DNA of 39,307 nt, taken from Nemertoderma westbladi. Its lineage: Eukaryota; Animalia; Xenacoelomorpha. The stretch lies in NCBI GenBank assembly GCA_032718475.1, contig JAUCBJ010001605.1:1-39307 (forward strand). The letters run 5' to 3'. A program made the position numbers and the translations under genes. Below are positions 34,610-39,307 of the stretch, piece by piece (within the stretch, counting starts at the first letter, position 1; every line of letters begins with the position of its first letter). The notes below the pieces were generated by a model. The model had not been told where the DNA came from. It ran no database searches and was given only the letters and a program-made list of their open reading frames with translations.

Positions 34610-35671
34610 CTAAATTAGAACTGTACACCATTCAATAGAGAAATAATGTAGGCCTAAATTAGAACTGTACACCATTCAATAGAGAAATAATGTAGGCCTA
34701 AATTAGAACTGTACACCATTCAATAGAGAAATAATGTAGGCCTAAATTAGAACTGTACGCCATTCAATAGAGAAATAATGTAGGCCTAAATTAGAACTGT
34801 ACACCATTCAATAGAGAAATAATGTAGGCCTAAATTAGAACTGTACACCATTCAATAGAGAAATAATGTAGGCCTAAATTAGAACTGTACACCATTCAAT
34901 AGAGAAATAATGTAGGCCTAAATTAGAACTGTACACCATTCAATAGAGAAATAATGTAGGCCTAAATTAGAACTGTACACCATTCAATAGAGAAATAATG
35001 TAGGCCTAAATTAGAACTGTACACCATTCAATAGAGAAATAATGTAGGCCTAAATTAGAACTGTACACCATTCAATAGAGAAATAATGTAGGCCTAAATT
35101 AGAACTGTACACCATTCAATAGAGAAATAATGTAGGCCTAAATTAGAACTGTACACCATTCAATAGAGAAATAATGTAGGCCTAAATTAGAACTGTACGC
35201 CATTCAATAGAGAAATAATGTAGGCCTAAATTAGAACTGTACACCATTCAATAGAGAAATAATGTAGGCCTAAATTAGAACTGTACACCATTCAATAGAG
35301 AAATAATGTAGGCCTAAATTAGAACTGTACACCATTCAATAGAGAAATAATGTAGGCCTAAATTAGAACTGTACACCATTCAATAGAGAAATAATGTAGG
35401 CCTAAATTAGAACTGTACACCATTCAATAGAGAAATAATGTAGGCCTAAATTAGAACTGTACACCATTCAATAGAGAAATAATGTAGGCCTAAATAAGAA
35501 CTGTACACCATTCAATAGAGAAATAATGTAGGCTTAAATTAGAACTGTACACCATTCAATAGAGAGATAATGTAGGCCTACATTTGAACTGTACACCATT
35601 CAATAGAGAAATAATGTAGGCCTAAATTAGAACTGTACACCATTCAATAGAGAAATAATGTAGGCCTAAAT
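34610..35671. repeat. 44-bp tandem array, right block (~24 copies)
   Basis: Same unit and orientation as 31553-31954. Confidence 0.96.
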
Positions 35672-35848
35672 CGAGAAGCAAATCGGAAGAGCGAAACTGA
35701 ATTGGCGGCGAACCCAGAGGATGGACTCAGCATACGCCGCCTAACTATAAAAACCGAGGTATACCAGCTGTTCTTCACTTTTCGGTCGAAATTTTATTGA
35801 ATTTATATAATGAAGAATTTGTATTTTTTTAATTTCTCCTTTACTCGC

Positions 35849-36922
35849 CCCATGTGAACAATACCAGGATAGGATTTCACTTTTCGGTCGACTTTTTATT
35901 GGAATTTTATATAAGAAGATTTTTTATTTTTTTAAATTTATTTTTATTAAGTTTTTATAGCGCATATTTCTGTCTTATAACCTGTACATATTCTAAATTG
36001 TTTATTGTTAGTATATTATATATATAATTATATTAAATATTAAATAAAATTATTAATATTAAATATTAAATATTATAATAATATTAAATATATATATAAT
36101 ATATTTATATGGATAGACGAAACAAAAAAGGAAACCTTGCATAACAATAACGTACAATACACGACAGATGTGATATATTAGTAATTGTAAATGAATGATA
36201 GCTAGGTTATAGACAAGAAGGACATTGTCCGCTCCAATTAAGACATTATTAACTAATGCACGGCCCCGAGAATAAACTCTTTATCAACCAATCAGGAAGA
36301 TCGACCCGTCACCATCCATCACCCCTTTTACTAAAGACTAAACAAACACTGCAGTTTTCAATTTCTGCATTTAAAACGGTGCTGTGTTTACTTTCATATT
36401 AATTATTAATGGATTTCTGCGTGCACTGCTTAAAGTAGGCTTTTTCCTCGCACAATACCAGTAGTATACTTAGTAATAACAAACTTTTTAATAATAATGC
36501 CAATTAACAAAATTATAAAGCAGAATAAACGAAATTAGTAGGCTCATGTGAAGAATACCAGACTTTCTGCCGTTATATTTCACTTTGCAGTTACCCCCAT
36601 GTGAAGAATACCAGACTTTCTGCCGTTATATTTCACTTTGCAGTTACCCCCATGTGAAGTATACCAGACTTTCTGCCGTTATATTTCCCTTTGCAGTTAC
36701 CCCCATGTGAAGAATACCAGGTTTTCACTAAAAACACAGGTTACAGAAGGGCCAAATCTAACCAAAACAATAAACGAATTAGTATATGTACAGGTTATAA
36801 GACATAAATAAGCGATATAAAACACTTAATAAAGATAAATTAAAAAAAATAAAAAATCTTCATATATAAAATTCCAATAAAAAGTCGATCGAAAAGTGAA
36901 ATCCTGGTATTCTTCACATGGG
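35849..36922. mobile_element. Foldback/MITE element with ~160-bp imperfect inverted arms
   Basis: 35849-36009 is the approximate reverse complement of 36766-36922 (ccatgtgaa(c/g)aataccaggat..ttcacttttcg.tcgactttttattggaattttatat..). No TSD seen. Confidence 0.75.
36545..36720. repeat. 53-bp tandem repeat (~3.3 copies) beginning with the element's terminal motif catgtgaagaataccag
   Basis: Units start at 36545, 36598, 36651 and 36704. Confidence 0.9.
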
Positions 36923-36940
36923 CAAATTAGTAGGTCTCGG

Positions 36941-37146
36941 CAGGGTGTAAACGCTACGCCGACAACCGACAGCCGACAACGTGAACATGAAAATGTAACC
37001 TGTGTCCGTGACTGACTCTCGTTTATTGTTTTGGTTAGAATAACCTTCCACTGTAACCTGCTCCTTTCTCTCAGTTGATAATTAACATTAATTAGCTTTA
37101 ATAATGGTTTTCTGTTGTCGGTTGTCGGCGTAGCAAAAAAGTACTG
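36941..37146. mobile_element. Small MITE-like element
   Basis: 19-bp perfect inverted repeat gctacgccgacaaccgaca (36953-36971 / 37116-37134), with symmetric CAG...CTG 12 bp further out. No TSD. Confidence 0.55.
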
Positions 37147-37199
37147 TACTTAGATTGGTCTGTGGATGGGGCCTAGTAGTGTGTGTCCGAATGGCTGGA

Positions 37200-37500
37200 A
37201 GACTTACCCCATTGGATTCCGTCCACAAAGAGAGGGAATCTGGGATTCTACGGAGCCACATTGCGGCATTCCCGCGCCACAAGGACACAGACAAGCGTTG
37301 AGATAAGCCACGGCGCAGGCTCTGAAGACGCGCGTTTTCCTGAGGATGCCATTGGAGTGGGAATCCCATCCCCCCAGAGCTTCCACCACAAGAGGGGGTG
37401 AACGGCACTCCTCCAAGTGGGCAGCGAGTTTTCGCTCACGGGCAATGGAGAGGGCATGTCCATATGTGGTGGCGGCTTGTGAGATAGTTCCGATTGGAGA
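37200..37500 (-). mobile_element. 3' fragment of a CRE-like (restriction-like endonuclease) non-LTR retrotransposon
   Basis: GHALSIARERKLAAHLEEC..PLVVEALGGW and LSQRLSVSLWRGNAAMW in two frames, typical of the C-terminal REL region of CRE-clade elements. Frameshifted and internally deleted. Confidence 0.7.
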
Positions 37501-38913
37501 GTCCAGGTGTGGTGGCGGCTTGTGAGATGGTTCCGATTGAAGAGTCCAGGTGTGGTGGCGGCTTGTGAGATGGTTCCGATTGGAGAGTCCAGCTGTGGTG
37601 GCGGCTTGTGAGATGGTTCCGATTGGAGAGCCCAGCTGTGGTGGCGGCTTGTGAGATGGTTCCGATTGGAGAGTCCAGCTGTGGTGGCGTGGCGGCTTGT
37701 GAGATAGTTCCGATTGGAGAGTCCAGGTGTGGTGGCGGCTTGTGAGATGGTTCCGATTGGAGAGTCCAGCTGTGGTGGCGTGGCGGCTTGTGAGATAGTT
37801 CCGATTGGCGAGTCCAGGTGTGGTGGCGGCTTGTGAGATGGTTCCGATTGGAGAGTCCAGGTGTGGTGGCGGCTGGTGAGATGGTTCCGATTGGAGAGTC
37901 CAGCTGTGGTGGCGGCTTGTGATATGGTTCCGATTGGAGAGCCCAGCTGTGGTGGCGGCTTGTGAGATGGTTCCGATTGGAGAGTCCAGCTGTGGTGGCG
38001 TGGCGGCTTGTGAGATAGTTCCGATTGGAGAGTCCAGGTGTGGTGGCGGCTTGTGAGATGGTTCCGATTGGAGAGTCCAGCTGTGGTGGCGTGGCGGCTT
38101 GTGAGATAGTTCCGATTGGAGAGTCCAGGTGTGGTGGCGGCTTGTGAGATGGTTCCGATTGGAGAGTCCAGGTGTGGTGGCGGCTTGTGAGATGGTTCCG
38201 ATTGGAGAGTCCAGGTGTGGTGGCGGCTTGTGAGATGGTTCCGATTGGAGAGTCCAGGTGTGGTGGCGGCTTGTGAGATGGTTCCGATTGGAGAGTCCAG
38301 GTGTGGTGGCAGCTTGTGAGATGGTTCCGATTGGAGAGTCCATGTGTGGTGGCGGCTTGTGAGATGGTTCCGATTGGAGAGTCCAGGTGTGGTGGCGGCT
38401 TGTGAGGTGGTTCCGATTGGAGAGTCCACCTGTGGTGGCGTGGCGGCTTGTGAGATAGTTCCGATTGGAGAGTCCAGGTGTGGTGGCGGCTTGTGAGATG
38501 GTTCCGATTGGAGAGTCCAGCTGTGGTGGCGTGGCGGCTTGTGAGATAGTTCCAATTGGAGAGTCCAGGTGTGGTGGCGGCTTGTGAGATGGTTCCGATT
38601 GGAGAGTCCAGCTGTGGTGGCGTGGCGGTTTGTGAGATAATTCCGATTGGAGAGTCCAGGTGTGGTGGCGGCTTGTGAGATGGTTCCGATTGGAGAGTCC
38701 AGGTGTGGTGGCGGCTTGTGAGATGGTTTCGATTGGAGAGTCCAGGTGTGGTGGCGGCTTGTGAGATGGTTCCGATTGGAGAGTCCAGGTGTGGTGGCGG
38801 CTTGTAAGATGGTTCCGATTGGAGAGTCCAGGTGTGGTGGCGGCTTGTGAGATGGTTTCGATTAGAGAGTCCAGGTGTGGTGGCGAATTGTGAGGTGGTT
38901 CCGATTGGAGAGT
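37458..38913. repeat. 43-bp (48-bp variant) tandem array, ~33 copies, derived from the CRE-like coding sequence
   Basis: Unit gagtccaggtgtggtggcggcttgtgagatggttccgattgga. Minus-strand translation ..TISQAATTPG runs directly into GHAL. Confidence 0.93.
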
Positions 38914-39054
38914 TTTATGTTGAAAATGGCATTATTAACCATAGATTACAGAAGGGCTGAATTAATGAACTGAACTGAACTAATTATATTGCTCATTACC
39001 GGTTGCGGTAGTACGTACTAAACCATAATAAGATTGTATTGTGACGATTAACAA

Positions 39055-39258
39055 ATGGAAACTACATGCACTGTCTGTAATGACTTAACCTCAAATCGAT
39101 GCAAACAATGCAAAAACGTTTGGTACTGCAGTCGATCATGCCAAAGGTCAGATTGGAAAAGGCACAAACAAGTGTGCAAAATAGGAGGAGTTGTGTTAGC
39201 AGAGACCGTGACAAATGATAATAACTGTTGTTGGTGCTGGTTCCAGTGCTGGTGCTAG
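39055..39258 (+). CDS. MYND-type zinc finger ORF (short; gene start, fragment or pseudogene)
   Basis: C-x2-C-x7-C-x2-C-x5-C-x3-CQ-x2-DW-x2-HK-x2-C pattern; ATG in acaaATGg context; the tail runs into a simple repeat. Confidence 0.7.
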   Translation: METTCTVCNDLTSNRCKQCKNVWYCSRSCQRSDWKRHKQVCKIGGVVLAETVTNDNNCCWCWFQCWC

Positions 39259-39307
39259 TTCCAGTTCCAGTGCTGGTGTTGGTGCTGGTTGCAGTGCTGG
39301 TGTTGGT
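39226..39307. repeat. Start of a short-period repeat (ggtgct/ggttcc/agtgct hexamers) cut by the window edge
   Basis: Directly visible degenerate 6/18-bp periodicity. Confidence 0.7.

Noticed and set aside
31553-35671. LTR retrotransposon with the 44-bp arrays as LTRs
   Set aside because: The internal region is APE+RT non-LTR type, with no TG..CA ends, PBS, protease or integrase.

Overview
Eukaryotic, most likely invertebrate animal, genomic DNA. Most of the window is one minus-strand, divergent dynein heavy chain gene (DNHD1-like). I reconstructed 18 GT-AG exons with consistent phases from 31176 down to 281 (about 3,900 codons, incomplete at both ends). One 8.3-kb exon carries the motor domain from AAA1 through the stalk to the AAA5/AAA6 region. 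The introns are inflated by non-autonomous DNA transposons (hAT with 8-bp TSD, IS3EU-like with 6-bp TSD, other TIR elements), decayed non-LTR retroelements (CR1/L2-type, RTE-type, CRE-type) and many minisatellites. The most unusual signal is that several arrays are built from the gene's own splice junctions: 35 tandem copies of one 5' splice site, 3 copies of another, a 2.4-kb array derived from a third, and an acceptor-derived array whose copies turned the acceptor TTAG into a branch-point-like CTAAC. Several insertions are also flanked by duplicated splice sites. A 5.6-kb satellite abuts a degenerate minimal hammerhead-ribozyme motif and may contribute a micro-exon. A short MYND-finger ORF lies at the right edge. 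Coordinates were counted by hand and may be off by a few bases.
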